64,000 bases of DNA from Lama guanicoe (lineage: Eukaryota), in assembly GCA_013239625.1 (NCBI GenBank), contig MU053629.1:654676-718675 (forward strand). The letters run 5' to 3'. The translations under genes were made by a program, and so were the position numbers. Positions 47,104-60,397 of the stretch are shown here, one piece after another; position 1 is the stretch's first letter; the number at the start of each line of letters is the position of its first letter. The notes under the pieces were generated by a model that saw only the letters and a list, made by a program, of their open reading frames with translations, was not told the origin of the DNA and did no database searches.

Positions 47104-50100
47104 GTCTGCCACCTTAAGTCCCTGTTTTAAGGAGCAAACCCACACTGGTGCCCACTCCCGGGGAACTGTCCATAGCTTAGCTCCTCCCCCAGAAGACCCC
47201 AGCCTGGTAGCCAGAACCAGGCTTATTCCCTTGCACCCCCCAGGTTTAGACCCAGCCTGTGCTCAGGGCTCACTGTCCTTTCTGAGGCTGATTGACAGAG
47301 ACCTGGGGCCTCTGGGGAGGCGGGCTTTCGCCAGAAGGACTCTGTTTACAGTGTTCTGCCAGGACTCCTATCCCATCACCTGATGCCAAGGGCAGAGCAA
47401 GCACCACACTTCCTTTTCCCACTTAGCGGTCCCCCTCAATTATGTGTATATTTCCCAAAGGCTCACAGAAGTATTAGAACAGTCAAGTGCAGAATTCAGT
47501 TATCCCTCCCTTGGGAAAGAGCTGTGTACCTAGCCTGCTTTCATGAATCAAAGTCTTGCCCAAATATTGTTGGTGGCTTTTTAAGAGCTGACCCAGATCC
47601 CTGTCCAGTACCTCCTGTGGACCCCTCTTCCTTACCATCCTGCCTTCCCTAAACTCGCTTTCCTTAATGGCCAACGCAGGCTTGCCTCAGAACACCTGCA
47701 CCCTTAAGGGTCTTTAAGTGGCCAAAGTTTAGCTCCAGAGGTCACTCTCTAAGAGGTGCCCTGTCTAATAGCTCCGAGAAATGGAGTGGCCTATTGACAG
47801 GCACACAGGATGGGTGCCTGAGGACACACATCAATGTTAACACACAGAAGGGGCCCAGGCCTGGAGTCCCGCGTGCCTCCTTAGAGAAAGGAAGCTCCGT
47901 CTGCAATAAGGGATAATGGAGTGGATTGCAGGGACCCTGGGAAGACAAAGGTAACTACATCCATGAAATTCGGCGAGCTGTTTGTGGAGGGCAAATCCTG
48001 TTCATAACACTCCTAAGTGAGCCAGGCTGTCAAGGCAGAAGCTTGTGGCCGTCTTCCCTTCTCCTGGGGTTGACAGTCAGTGTCCGCTGGTTACTCAGTG
48101 CTGCTGTTTGTCCTGAGGGCCAGGTCTAAGCATGTCTTCACAAAGACTCCCAGAGACACTACAGAAGTGAAAACCCCAAACGCAGTCACTTTCTAACGTA
48201 CGTTGTAACAATGCATGTAAATGGGAGTATCATATATATGTACTTGCTTACATATATATCCGCATGGGATGACTTGAGTTTCTAACAGTGCCTGTGGTTT
48301 GAGATTTTAGATTGATTATTTAGGCTGCGGCATGAATAATTCTATTTGCAATGAATCTGTTAAGTGACTCCCAGGAAAGAAAAATTATCAGAGACTTGCA
48401 TCAGGATTCTGTTGGTTCTTTACACAAGGCCATCATTTTTGTTTTTAAAACGACTCCCTGTTTTAGTAGGATCATGTGGACTTGTAATTCATGTGATTAA
48501 CATGTAATTTTGAATTTCATAAATAAGTGTAAGAGAACTAGTGTTACAGTTAGGGAAAGTTTGGGCAAAAGGAAGAAGTGTTTAGCTTTTCAAGAGGGTT
48601 GGAAACTAAAGGAGGCTGATTGTGAGGGAGGTTTGGGTCTCTGTCCCGAGAAATCTTTGAAGGTGAAATCTACATGCGTCTGCCTTGATTGGTTTCAGTG
48701 CTGACCTGCCTGAGTTACTGAGCAAATACCCAGGGATCTATGAAGCCCTTTTCCACTTCTGAGTTCTTATGAGCCACCCCACCCCACGTGTGACACAAGC
48801 GCATATTCTAAATGCAACTCAGATCATTGCAGCAAAATGCAAAAGAAATGCCAAAGCAGCCAGGAAAGAAAACGCATTGCTAAAAGCACGAGAGCAAGTT
48901 GCTTTAGGTCCTGGCCCTGCGTTTGCAGCAGCTAACGTTTCCATTAAGGTTTTCCCTTTTCACCATTATATCTTGAGATGTGTTTTACATTCCAGACACA
49001 CGAGCAGTGTGACCTGGAGCGAAAAGGGGCAGAGAGAATATAAAATTACCAGTGGCTCGCGAAGGAAAATTCTTTGTGTGCATTTGCCAGACAGATATTT
49101 GGGGGAAAACTGAGAAGGTTAGGAGATCCCTGAAGCAAGGCAGATTTTTATTCCAAGTCTGTGGAATTATTTGTATACCCAAGAGGGCCCCACATCACAG
49201 CATGTGAAAATATTTATATCCAGGGCAAATAAGAAGTCGCCCCCTTCCCTGCGGTCCTGCAGTTTGCTGTGCCGAGTCAGCGTTTTGGTCTTTTCCAGAA
49301 TGGGACAATCGCAGGAAAAGTCCTAGCTCTGCCCTCTGAACATCCAGCCCGAGCGTTCTCTGCTAATTTTTCCATGGAAAATTCAACCTTTTGCTAACAT
49401 CCCTTTGAAAACTTCTTTTTTCAGAGAAGTGAAAACCCTCTGGCGACTTTGCAATTTATGATGTTTCCTCTTTAAAAAAACAAAAGAAGAAAGAAAATGT
49501 AGATCCCGTGAGCCACAGCTTCTAAATGCAAAGGCGGGGGACAGGTTTAGTGAAGACGGTGCCGTCTCTGAGGACGTGTTGCCGTAACCACGGGTAATCC
49601 TGCGTGTCTCAAAAGCTGGCAGGAACGTTTGTCAGGAGCCTGTGGTGAGAACCAGAGCCCTTTCCCCTGGATGAGAGAAGTGTCTGCTCGAGACTTCCCT
49701 AAAACTTTCCACTCCGGGGCACACTTTCTGTGGGTGGCAGGGTGATGCCCTGCCTCTGCGGTACACACTAGTTTTTCCTGCCATGTTTGCCATCGAAGGA
49801 GGAACTCCAGTTGGTCAGATAACACCCATTCTTGCCCTTCCAAGTCCACGGGCGCTCCCAGGCAAATTCTGTTTGACCTGGTTTCAGATGGGATTGTTCT
49901 TAAAGCCCGAGTGTAATCTGTACGTTTTGTGTAGTTTTAGGCAGTCAAGACAATGGATCCGTGGTTCTTAGACACCCTCCAAATGAAACGAGATCCAAGC
50001 CTTCACGAAGGCCAGGCTTCTAATTTCCCTCAAGGCACAAAACCAGGAGACAGTCTTCTCCATTTTACTTTTATTTGGGCAGGAAGAGGGGATTGAGGGT

Positions 50101-52269
50101 TTTCTTGAGGTTCAAGTATTGCTTTACTAAAGCTGCCAATTTAGAACTCCAGAGTTTATGTCTTGGAGCAACATTCCTTTCTAATAAACACTGGTGGTAA
50201 GTTGGATCACTCTGGGGGCTGATCCTATTTGCAGAGAGGTTTAGTGTTGCTTTGAGAAGCGCAGCATTTTTAAAGCCCTTATCTGTTTGAAACCGTCTTA
50301 AAACTGCATCCCCTTTCTAGAATGTTCCTCCAGCAGTACAGAATGTTCCGTGAAATTGCATAGAGGATGTTGAGTCTACCGTCCTTCGTGTACGTGCCCT
50401 AGCTCTCCCCTGCACAGGGGGAGAAGGGTGAGAATACGCAAGCTGTTTATCCAGGCCTCCCTGGTGCCGGTGCCAGTGCTGTGCTGGGCACCATCCCATT
50501 TACTTCCCAACTTCAGTGTGTGAGTCGAGAATCCTCTGTCGTCCCCATTTCCCAGACAAGCAAACCAAGGAGGCCCAGGGAGCGCTGATCAATTGCCCAG
50601 GACCACGTAGATGCCACAGTTAGTGTGGAAGCCCCTTTTTAAATAACTTTTGGGAATAAGTGAATGTTTTAAGTGAGGCAATACGTTGACAAGGAAATAT
50701 GTCGAAGTTGGATTCACAGCCAGGTGTGTTGGCTATCACGGCCCTTGCTCTTGCCCCTGCACCAAGCTCTCTTTTCATGATAATGAACATTCATGGGGCC
50801 CTTTCCGCTTGCTGACTTTTTACACCTACCTTCTATTTGGTTGTCCACCTGCATGGGAGGTGGGCAGGGCAGGGTCTGTCCCATGTCGCAGGTGAGGAAA
50901 CGAAGTCCCCATGAGGTTAGTGGGCTCACCCAGAGAGCCCGGTGGCCAGGAGAGGGCAGAGCTGGAAACAAGTTCCGTGGTCTTTTCTGCTGCTGCCCAC
51001 GTGGGCGCAGGGTTGAGGGCAGGGGTGGGGCTGGCATTCTAAGATCCTTACTTCCTGTTACGTTCAAAACTTGTCCTTCGTAACACCATATCCCCCTGCA
51101 TGCTGTCCACACAGGATCACACAGCCAAGTCAGTCAGAGGTTTGCGTGGCCATGCCCCGGAGGGTTCTCCAGGCATGTAGGAGACAACTGTGTGACCTGG
51201 TACAGACCCCGACTCCAGGACCAAATCCTGGGTTGACTGAGAACTCCAAAGCTTTTGCAACTGTTGTCTTAGTTTGGTCTCATCCCTTTGCTTTCTGGTA
51301 CTGGTCTTCCTCGTGCTTCCTAACTGGGATTTCAGCCCTGATGACCTGCTGTGCCACCTCCAGGGTCGCCTTTACAGGGTCCTCTGCTGCATGCATGACG
51401 TCACCTCCAAGAGGGAGGCTGGCGTCAGGACGTTGGGGTGTGTTTTTATGGCACAGCCTTCTGAGAGGGAGCTGGGGGCATAAGAGTGTCACCGGGGATG
51501 TCTTCCCACGATTCATCGTGTCGGCCCATAGGTTTCAGGTTTGGGACAGCACAGGAGCTGGTTCCTTCTCCCTCCCACCCCTAGGTGGAGGCCTGTGTTT
51601 GTCCCAGTGCCCTGTCGCTCTGCCAACAGAAAGCTCAGGCTTGGCTCCATGCAGGGAGTGGGAGAGAGGCACGAAGGATCTTCCAGAGTCTGGATCTTTT
51701 CTAGCCCAGTGGTTTCACACCTTCTTCTGCAGAACCCCGACCCAGGGACATGCTCTGGAAGTTCTGCACACGTTTGGCTCAAGTTTCACTTTTCAAACAT
51801 AGTGTAACTATTTGTATAAAAACTGCTGGGAAAAGCTACACGGACTCTTGAACATATCCTAGGCCAGAATGGTTACCCACTGGGGCCACCAGTGCCCTAC
51901 TGTGGGCCGCTGGGTGGTTCTGTGCAGATCTCAGGCTCGCACAGCATCTTCCCAGGCTGCTGTGGTCGGGGAACTGTGGGAAAACTGTTCCCTTTTGCTT
52001 TAGTTACACATAGAACAGGATTTTCAACACAAATACAGGCATGAGTTGGTGGCCGAGGCTGTCAGTGGCCTTCACAACCCCATCTCTGGATCACTGAGTC
52101 TCATTGTTGACTTTTTGAGTCAAGGATATAAATTTTAACTCATAAAGGAAAAATATAGTAATAACATTGCTTCTATTTTAGATGTTGAGTTTCCGGGAGA
52201 GATTTTATTAGAGGGTGGGAAAGGATTCTGCTGTTAAGTGGAAAAAAAATCAAGGAAGTTAAAACACTG

Positions 52270-52445
52270 AGCTAATGAGTAGAGCACTGTGCTTGGGATT
52301 AAAGACTTGGATTCTCATCTCGCTTTGCCAGGGACCAGCTGTGTGATTCTGGGGCCAATCACCTCACTTCTCTGGGCCTCAGTCTCTTCATCTGTAAAAT
52401 GGGGAGGTTGAATGCATAAGGTCTTTTTTATTTTGAAGTTCTGTG
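52270..52445 (+). mobile_element. MIR
   Basis: agctgtgtga...tcacctcacttctctgggcctcagtctcttcatctgtaaaatgggg. Confidence 0.8.
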
Positions 52446-54067
52446 AGTATTTCTTCCTCCATTTCCCCTGACCCGGCTTCCCCATTAGCACCTTATCCTT
52501 TAGAGATCGGTGCTCATCCTTGCTGGACAGCTGAGTTCTTGCCTTTAGACTAGCTCTGATCCTTGAGTACTTAGAGTTAAATTGTATGGATCTGAAAATG
52601 CTTGAGGGCCAGCTTGAATGTAAAACTTTAATGGAGCATCTCCCTGCTTCAGCTTGACCTTGTGTTTAACCAGCGAGCATGCCCAGCAGACAGATATCCT
52701 TAAATGGCACTGCCGCTCTGTGGGCAGAATCGGAGCCTCCCTCGTTCTCAGTTGTGGCCTTGATGCTGTCCTAGTCCCTATCTGTTATCAGAGCGGCCAT
52801 GTTGGGTGATCCCGGCGTGATGCTCGTGTCGTATGGTTAACAAGAAGCCCTGCCTGATTGCGAAGACTCTGTGGCACCTGCTCACATACAATTAGAAGAC
52901 ACCCAAAAGAGCAGAAGCTCGAGTTCCCAGGGCAGGAGAATTTTTTTACCAAATAGATTTAAACATCCTTTGGGCTTCAGAAGGTTCAGGGAAATAACCT
53001 TTTCCCCCGGAAAGCAGTACATGTTGCAGCCCCTCGCTCCCCAGAGTCACTCTTCCTGAAACTCTGACTTGTGGGAGGATGGTCAGAGATAGCACCCAGG
53101 TGGCCCAGATCCCCAGGTGTGTGGACTCCTAGCTTTTATTCTCAAAACCTGAGATCGCTTAGTAACCATCCTTGAGAGATGCTGGAAGTTTAAGCACACA
53201 GCTTCTGGCTCTGGTGGATTCTTGAAAATAACACTTAGCTTAGACATGTTTTGTTTGTATGTAGTTGGTTACCTGGGCTGTATTGATCAGACCAAAATGA
53301 AAGTTGATGTGAAACAAAGCCAGAAGGATGGAAACTTCGGGAGGGAGAGGTGGAATTTATTACACCATAAAGAGACAGCTGGCAGCTGACCCAGAGTGGA
53401 GCTCATTTGGCTTCTTATAGGCAAAGTAGCTTTTATAATCACACAACCCAGGGGTCATTAAAAGAATGCATGCCTGCTGAGCCTGCAGCCCTCAAAATGT
53501 GACTTTTTAAGGAAACCTCAACCTGGCTCGAGAGAAAGGAAGCGTGGGCCCAGCATGGTTGCTGAGGAAAGGGGCGTTCTGGTTGGTAAACACAGCAATT
53601 TTGCAAGAATCTGAACACTTTCAAATATGCTTTATACTAAAGCTATATATTCTGAACTTCTAATTACCCTCTAGGGCTTTTGTAAGGAATAAATGAAATT
53701 AAATGCGTTACCTGCTTAAAAGAGGCCCTGACACACAGTAGGGGCTCAATAAATGAATGAATAATCCCACAGAGTTCATCTAATTAACATTTTTACCTAG
53801 TGGCTCAGGATACAGATAAACAATACACCAGGAAAGGTAACCAATATTATTAAGCTTGCTTCCTGGGGACTGTGGGCATTTTACAGTCTCTAAAAAGGGA
53901 AGCAGAATCCACCAAATTCCGTACTTCACCAAGCAGAGACTCCTAACAGCAGTGGAATTTTCCTAGCCAGGCTCCCCTAGGACGTAGGAGAAATTTTCCA
54001 CGTGGGGCAGACCTCCACGGCAGGTCCGTCAGGCTTCTCCCTCCCCACCCTGGGCTTGCCTCCACAG

Positions 54068-54214
54068 ATCGGCTTCCAGATTCGCACTCGGGTGCAGGAC
54101 CTGGGCCACGGCTGCATCTTCCTGGTGCAGAAGGCGGGGGCCCTCCAGGTGTGCCCGACGGACAGCTACACCAAGAGGGAGCTGATCGAGTGTGCCCGCG
54201 CTGTCACGGAGAAG
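54068..54214 (+). CDS. TLN2: TLN2 exon R, IGFQIRTR...AVTEK, R10
   Basis: gcctccacAG|ATC ... AAG|GTaagg; 147 nt, phase 0-0. Confidence 0.97.
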
Positions 54215-56084
54215 GTAAGGAACAGCCTTAGGGGTGGGCAGGCATGGTGACCCTCCGGGACCAGGGACGCACCTGAAAATTAAGCCAAAAACCATCCAGG
54301 TGGGTCAGGTCCAGTTGTCTTCCCTCCCTCCCAGGGTCTCCCCAGGGACAGGGCGCATCAGGGAACTAGGGGTGATCCACAGTCCTGAGAAACAGTGTGT
54401 GTGGGACTGTCCCCTAGAGGTCTAGGCCCCGGTGGTCACCCTCAGGGCTCTTCTGCAGACAGACTGCACAGAGGGCATCCAAGTCATAGAGCGCCAGGAG
54501 CCTCTCCCTGCAGCCCCTTCTTAACAATTTTGCCCCCGGGCCTTCTTCTCAGAGAGGCTCCCAGGTGTGAGGGCGGAGCGAGAAGGCCCCACAGCTCCTC
54601 TTGTGCAGCCCCTTTGTTTCCAGATGAGACAGTGAAGTGGGGAGGGCTACGTCGCCCGGTGGGAGAGCAGGAGTCTGCAGGCCGTTTTCTGACTCCAGCC
54701 ACAGCTGATGTAGAGAGGATCCCATAGCGTGGTGCATGGGGCTCTGGGCTCCCAGCTAAGCTACTTCGCCCTGCCAGGCCTCGACTTCCTTCAGTAAAGT
54801 GAGGATGAGGAAACAGAATGAATGCCTGGCCCTTGAGTTGTGAAAATTAAACGCGGCAATTTGTGTAGAAGAGCTTGGCACGGTGCCAGGGGCACCATTC
54901 AGCATTTAATCATCCTGGCTGCTTGCCGTTGCCTGTCTCTGCCCTCCAGCACTCCCTTCTCCCAGGACGTTCTCCCTGGTTCACAGCACCCCATTCTGAA
55001 CGTCTCTTCCGTCCCAGCAGCTCCTTGACTTTCCCGCAGTTTGCTGATGGTTTGCTTGGCTTATTTCTCGGAGTCGTCGTTTTCAGGGCAGCCCCTGTGC
55101 AGGCCGCCTGTGGTGCGGGCTGTGGCATCCGTCTTTGCTGCCTTTTCCCTCTCCTTCACTTGGGTAGCAGGACATAGAGCTCGGCACTGTTCAGACGCTT
55201 GGCAGCAGGACTCGAGGGGTGGCGGGGACCCTCCTCTGGAAGCTGCCACTACAGAGGCTACTCTGTACATGGCCCCTCGCCGCGGCCGAGCATCAGTCTG
55301 GCCATCTACCCCAGCCCACAGGACCTTCCAGGCCTCCCTGGACTCTCCAGGACGAGGAAATAAATCTCTCAACTCGAGGAAGGCATTCTTCCTCCTTTCA
55401 AAGCCCGTCCTTGTTGTTAAAGTTACTCACGCCAGGTCCCCCCACGGAGGACCTTGGAATGGAGTCCCAAGGGAGGGGAGGAGAGGGTTTAAACTGCTTG
55501 ATGTTGGCCAGCGTGGCCAAGCACCGTGGTCCTCCTGAGCTGGCCTCCGTCATACTGCTTCTCTCAGCAGAGGCTCCCTGACTCAGGACACCAGGAGAAG
55601 GATCGGGGCAGGGGGTGGCTGGCCTGCTGGGTGGTTTCCTGCTATCTGTCCCTGCCCTTTTCTCTCCTGCCCTCCCATCTTCCCTGGTGCTGTTCTTACC
55701 TGCCTTGCTTGGGTCTGAGTCCCCCCAGCCCCGAGAACAGACCCATAAGGGGAAGAGAGCGGCTGGCTGGGGAAGGAAGGAGGAGCTGCTGTGGCAATAA
55801 TTGGGGGGGACCTGGGAGGTGGGACCTGGATGTGAAGGGAGCACACCTTCTTTCCACAGCCTGGGGGAGAGCCATACCCAGGGGTGGAGTGGGTCCAGTT
55901 TGCCTTGTAGGAAAGTGTCTCTAGGAATGTGAGGGCGTACTGGAGGGGCGACAGGTGCCAATGAAGGGTTTCTGACACTGAAGTGAACACCTTAGCCAAA
56001 CTGCTGGCCCCTTAGGTTCCTGGAATTACTATTCGGTGGTGGGCGCTGGCTCAAGGTGATACAGGAAAAATGGGGCATGAAAGG

Positions 56085-56612
56085 ATGGCCATGCCACAGG
56101 TCTCAGACGAGTCCCCGGGATGCACCCCATCAAGTGAGGGTCCTTGGCTTCACACAGGAAAGAATTCAAGAGCCAGCCATAGTAGAGCAAAGGTAGATTT
56201 ATTCACAGATACATACTCAGTAGACGGAGTGTGGGCCGTCTCCGAAGGCGAGAGGCGACTTCAGAGCATGGAGCCCTCTAGGAGAGTGAGATCGGCCACG
56301 AGGTACGGGGTTGTTAGATTTTATGGGCTCAATAATTTCTTATAGTAACAAGTGGGGGAATTATTCCAAGTGCTTTGGGGAAGGGGCTGGGACTCCCGGG
56401 GTACTCAGCCATTAGCCACCTTTTGACCTTCTGTAGTCAGCCTTGAACCTGTCCTGGCACCTGTGGGAGTGCCATTTACCATGCTGTGGTGTTACAGTGA
56501 GCCTATGATGAAGCTCAAGGTCTTCTGGGTGTTGAATCTTCTGCCATGTTGGTGCCAGTTGCTGTGTCGTTCTTTTCATGGTTGTGCCCTGCCCCCTTCC
56601 CTCCTGCCTCTA
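56085..56612 (-). mobile_element. Solo LTR, ERV1-like; its right-hand part is tandemly duplicated
   Basis: tccttggcttc.c.caggaaagaattcaagag...tttatt...ggttgtgccctgcccccttccctcctg(c/t)ctc; resembles artiodactyl ERV1 LTRs; left boundary approximate. Confidence 0.7.
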
Positions 56613-56976
56613 AAGGGAGTGATGGGATGGGAAGGTTACATGAGGGGATCCCCTCTGAATATAGTAACAAGTGGGAGAATTATTCCAAGTGCTTTGGGGA
56701 AGGGGCTGGGATTCCCGGGGTACTCAGCCATTAGCCACTTTTTGACCTTTTATAGTCAGCCTTGAAACTGTCCTGGCACCTGTGGGAGTGCCATTTACCA
56801 TGCTGTGGTATTACAGTGAGCGTATAATGAAGCTCAAGGTCTTCTGGGTGTTGAATCTTCTGCCATGTTGGTGCTAATTGCTGTGTCATTCTTTTCATGG
56901 TTGTGCCCTGCCCCCTTCCCTCCTGTCTCTAAAGGGAGTGATGGGATGGGAAGGTTACATGAGGGGATCCCCTCTG
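56341..56976. repeat. Direct tandem duplication, 2 x 317 bp (56341-56657 and 56660-56976)
   Basis: Hand alignment: period 319, no indels, 13 substitutions, 2-nt aa junction. Confidence 0.97.
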
Positions 56977-57029
56977 GGCTCCAGGCCCTCTAGGGTCAAC
57001 GGTGAAGAATTTCCAGTCAAGAGGCAGCA

Positions 57030-57108
57030 GGGAGGATATAGCTAGTGGTAGAGCACATGCATGGGTGAGGTTTGGGGTTCAGTCCCCAGTACCACCAGTT
57101 AAAAAAAA
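57030..57108 (+). mobile_element. Short, diverged tRNA-derived SINE (Vic-1-like)
   Basis: gggaggatatagctagtggtagagc...ggggttcagtccccagtacc plus A tail; flanks agaggcagc/agaggccgc. Confidence 0.75.
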
Positions 57109-57254
57109 CAGAGGCCGCCAAGGGAGGAGTGATGAGTGTTAGCAGAGGGCTGTTCTACAGAAAACCTGATCAGACGGGACAGAATGGCCACACTTTTCAT
57201 GGGAGCCTGATCTTTATCCTTCTTGGTGGCTTCAGAAACATAATCAAATAAATG

Positions 57255-57480
57255 GATCATCTGCCCTTTACCGAACACTTACTAAGTGCCAAGTACTTTA
57301 CATACATTTTTCTGCCCATTTATTCCTCTCCCAACCCTGATAGGCAAGAAGTAATAGCCCCCTTTTCCAGATGAGGACACTGAAGCTTAGAGCAGTGAAG
57401 CAGCCTACCTGAGGTTGTCTGGCTAGCAAATGGTGTTTGGATAGGCTGTGGATTCCAACGGTGCTGGTCACCCCTAAGCC
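57255..57480 (-). mobile_element. MIR
   Basis: tttaccgaacacttactaagtgcca...cagatgaggacactgaagcttagag. Confidence 0.75.
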
Positions 57481-57519
57481 GCATTGGCTCCTAGGGAGAA
57501 AATGCAGGGTTTTGTTCTT

Positions 57520-60312
57520 GTTTTTAATATTTTTTCCCAGTTTTATTGAGGTATAATTGGCATACAGTGCTGTATGAGTCTTGGTTGTATAGCATAGTGA
57601 TTTGTCTTAGAACTGTCATGAAATGGTTTCAGTAAGTTCAGTTAACATCCATCATCTCATATAACTACAAAAAGAATATATGTGTATATTTTTTTCCTTG
57701 TGAGATTAGGATCTACTCTTAAGAACTGTCATAGAGATGACAAGGCAGTGTTAACTCTAGTCATCATGTTGTACGTTACATCCCCAATACATACTTATCT
57801 TGGAACTGGAAAGGTTGTGCCTTTGACCACCTTCATCCAATCTCGTCTCCCTCAGCCATAACCACAAATCTGATCTTTTTTATGAGGTTGGTTGTTTTCT
57901 GTTTTGTTTTCATTTTTATTCAATTTCTTTAAACTAAAATGAACAAAACCAATTCACCTATTTCTCCCACCTCCCATCTCCCACCTGTGATGACCACCAG
58001 TCTGTTCTTTTCTATCTATGAACTTGGTGGGGTTTTTTTTTTAATTCCACATATAGGAAAGATCACACAGTATTTGTTTTTCTCTGACTTTTAGCATAAT
58101 GTCTTTGATATCCATTCATATTTCAAAAATGTCAAGATTTCATTCTTTTTTTGTGGCTGAATAGTAGTCCATTGTGTATATATACAGCACATTTTCTTTA
58201 TCCATCCATCCATCCATCCATCAGTGGGCACTTAGGTTTTTTCCATATATTGGCTATGATAAATAATGCTGCAGTGAGCATGGGGGTGCCTGTAACTTTT
58301 CCAGTTAGTGTTTCTGTTTTCTTTGAATAAATACCCAGAAGTAGAATTGCTGGATCATATCATAGTTCTATTTTTAAAGTTTTGAGGAACCTCCATTCTG
58401 ATTTTTATATGGGGCTGCACCAATTTATATTCCCATCAACCACGCACAGCCTCTTCTCTGCATCTTTGCCGATGCTTGTTACTTCTTGTCTTTTTGTTAA
58501 TAACTTATTACAGGTGCAAGGTGCTATCTCCTTGTGCTTTTGATTTGCATTTCCCTGATAATTAACGATGTGGAGCATCTTTTCATGTACTTTTTGGCCA
58601 TCTGTATGTCTTCTTTGGAAAAATGTCTATTCACATCTTCTGCACATTTTTAAAACCAGACTTTTTTTTTTTGCTATTGAGCTATAATTAGTTCTTTATA
58701 TGTTTATAAGATACATGATTTGCAAGTATTTTCTCCCGTTCAGTAGATTGCCTTTTCATTTTGTTGACAGTTTTCTTTACTTTACAAAAGCTTTTTAGTT
58801 TGATGTAGTCCCACTTGTTTATTTTTGTTTTTGTTGCATGTGCTTTTGGTGTCAGATTCAAAAAACCATCACCAAGACCTATGTCAAGGAGGTTACTGCC
58901 TATATTTTCTTCTAGGAGTTTTATGGTTTCAGGTCTTACCTTTAACCCATTTTGAGTTCCTTTTTGTGTATAAAGATAGTTCCGTTCTTTTGCGTGCGGC
59001 TCTCTAATTTTCCCAACACCATTTGTTGGACATACTGTCTTTTCCCCCATTGTATATTCTTGGATACTTTGTCATAAATTAATTGACCACACATGCATGG
59101 GTTTATTTTTGGGCTCTCAGTTCTGTTCCATTGGCCTATGTGTCTGTTTTTATGCCAATACCATACTGTTTTAATTACTATTGCTATGTAATATAATTTG
59201 AAATCGGGGGTGTGATGCCTCCAGCTTTGTTTTTCCTTCTCAAGATTGCTTTGGCTGTTTGGGGTCTTTTATGGCTCTATACAAATTTTACAATTGTTCT
59301 ATTTCTGTGAAAAACACCATTGGACTTTTGATAAGGAATGCATTGAATTATATATTGCTTTCAGTAGTACAGATACATTTTAACAATATTTTTCCAAATC
59401 ATGAGTATGGAATATCTTTCCACTTATTGGTGCCTTCAATTTCTTTCTTTAATGCCTTGTAGTTTTCAATATATACATCTTCTACCTTCTTGGTTAAATA
59501 TATTCCTAGTTTTTTATTCTTTTTGATGCATTTGTCAGTGGGATTGTTTTCTTGATTTCTCTTTCTGATAGTTTGTTTTTAGTGTAGAGAGACACAACAG
59601 ATTTTTGTATATTGATTTTGTATCCTGCCACTTTACTGAATTCATTTGTTCTAACAGTTTTTTTTTTTCATGGAAGCTCCAGGGTTTTTTATGTATAATA
59701 CCATGCCATCTGCAAATAGTGACAGTTTTACTTCTTCCTTTCCAATCTGGATGCTTTTAATTTCTTTTTCTTGTCTCGTTGCTCTGGCTAGGACTTGCAA
59801 TACTGTGTTGAATTAAGGTGTTATGGGTAGGCATCTTTGTCTTGTTCCTGATCTTGTTCCTTTGAGTATAGTGTTAGCTGTGGACTTGTCGTATGTAGGT
59901 AGCCTTTATGTTAAGCTGTGTTCCCTCTATACCCACTTTGTTGAGAGTTTTTATCATCATGGTTGTTGAATTTTGTCAAATGCTTTTTCTGCATTTGTGG
60001 AGATGACCATATGGTTTTTAGCCTTCATTTTATAAATGGGGTGCATCACACTGACTTAAATGTAGATGTTGAACCATCCGTACATCCCTGGACTAAATCC
60101 CACTGGACTGTTGTTTATAATACTTCTATTGTGTTGTTGAATTCAGTTTGGTGATATTTTGTTGAGGATTTTTGCATCTATGTTCATCAGGGATATTGGC
60201 CCATAATTTTCTTTGCTCGTGGCACCCTTCCCTTATTTTGGTATCAAGGTAATGTTGGCCTCGTAAAATGAGTTTGGAAGAGTTTCCTCCTCTTCTATTT
60301 TTTGAGCATTCT
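57520..60312 (-). mobile_element. About 2.8-kb 5'-truncated L1 (3' half of ORF2 plus 3'UTR), degenerate, possibly two nested pieces at its 3' end
   Basis: Minus-strand ORF 58688-59050 KVRPETIKLLEENIG...KINKWDYIKLKSFC is L1 ORF2p; continuous L1 motifs to gagtttggaagag; frameshifted. Confidence 0.93.
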
Positions 60313-60397
60313 TTACAGTGTTTTTTTGAATCTGAAGAACTTTGGGTTACATTTTCTCCATTTCTCTGTATCCTCAACATTTCCTCTCTGTCTACAG

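Noticed and set aside
51071..51802. 243-aa plus-strand ORF
   Set aside because: Non-ATG start, no recognisable homology, and not needed for the TLN2 frame (Q joins R directly).
57520..60312. Possible active L1 or domesticated ORF2
   Set aside because: 5'-truncated, with frameshifts and stops; only short ORF2 remnants survive.
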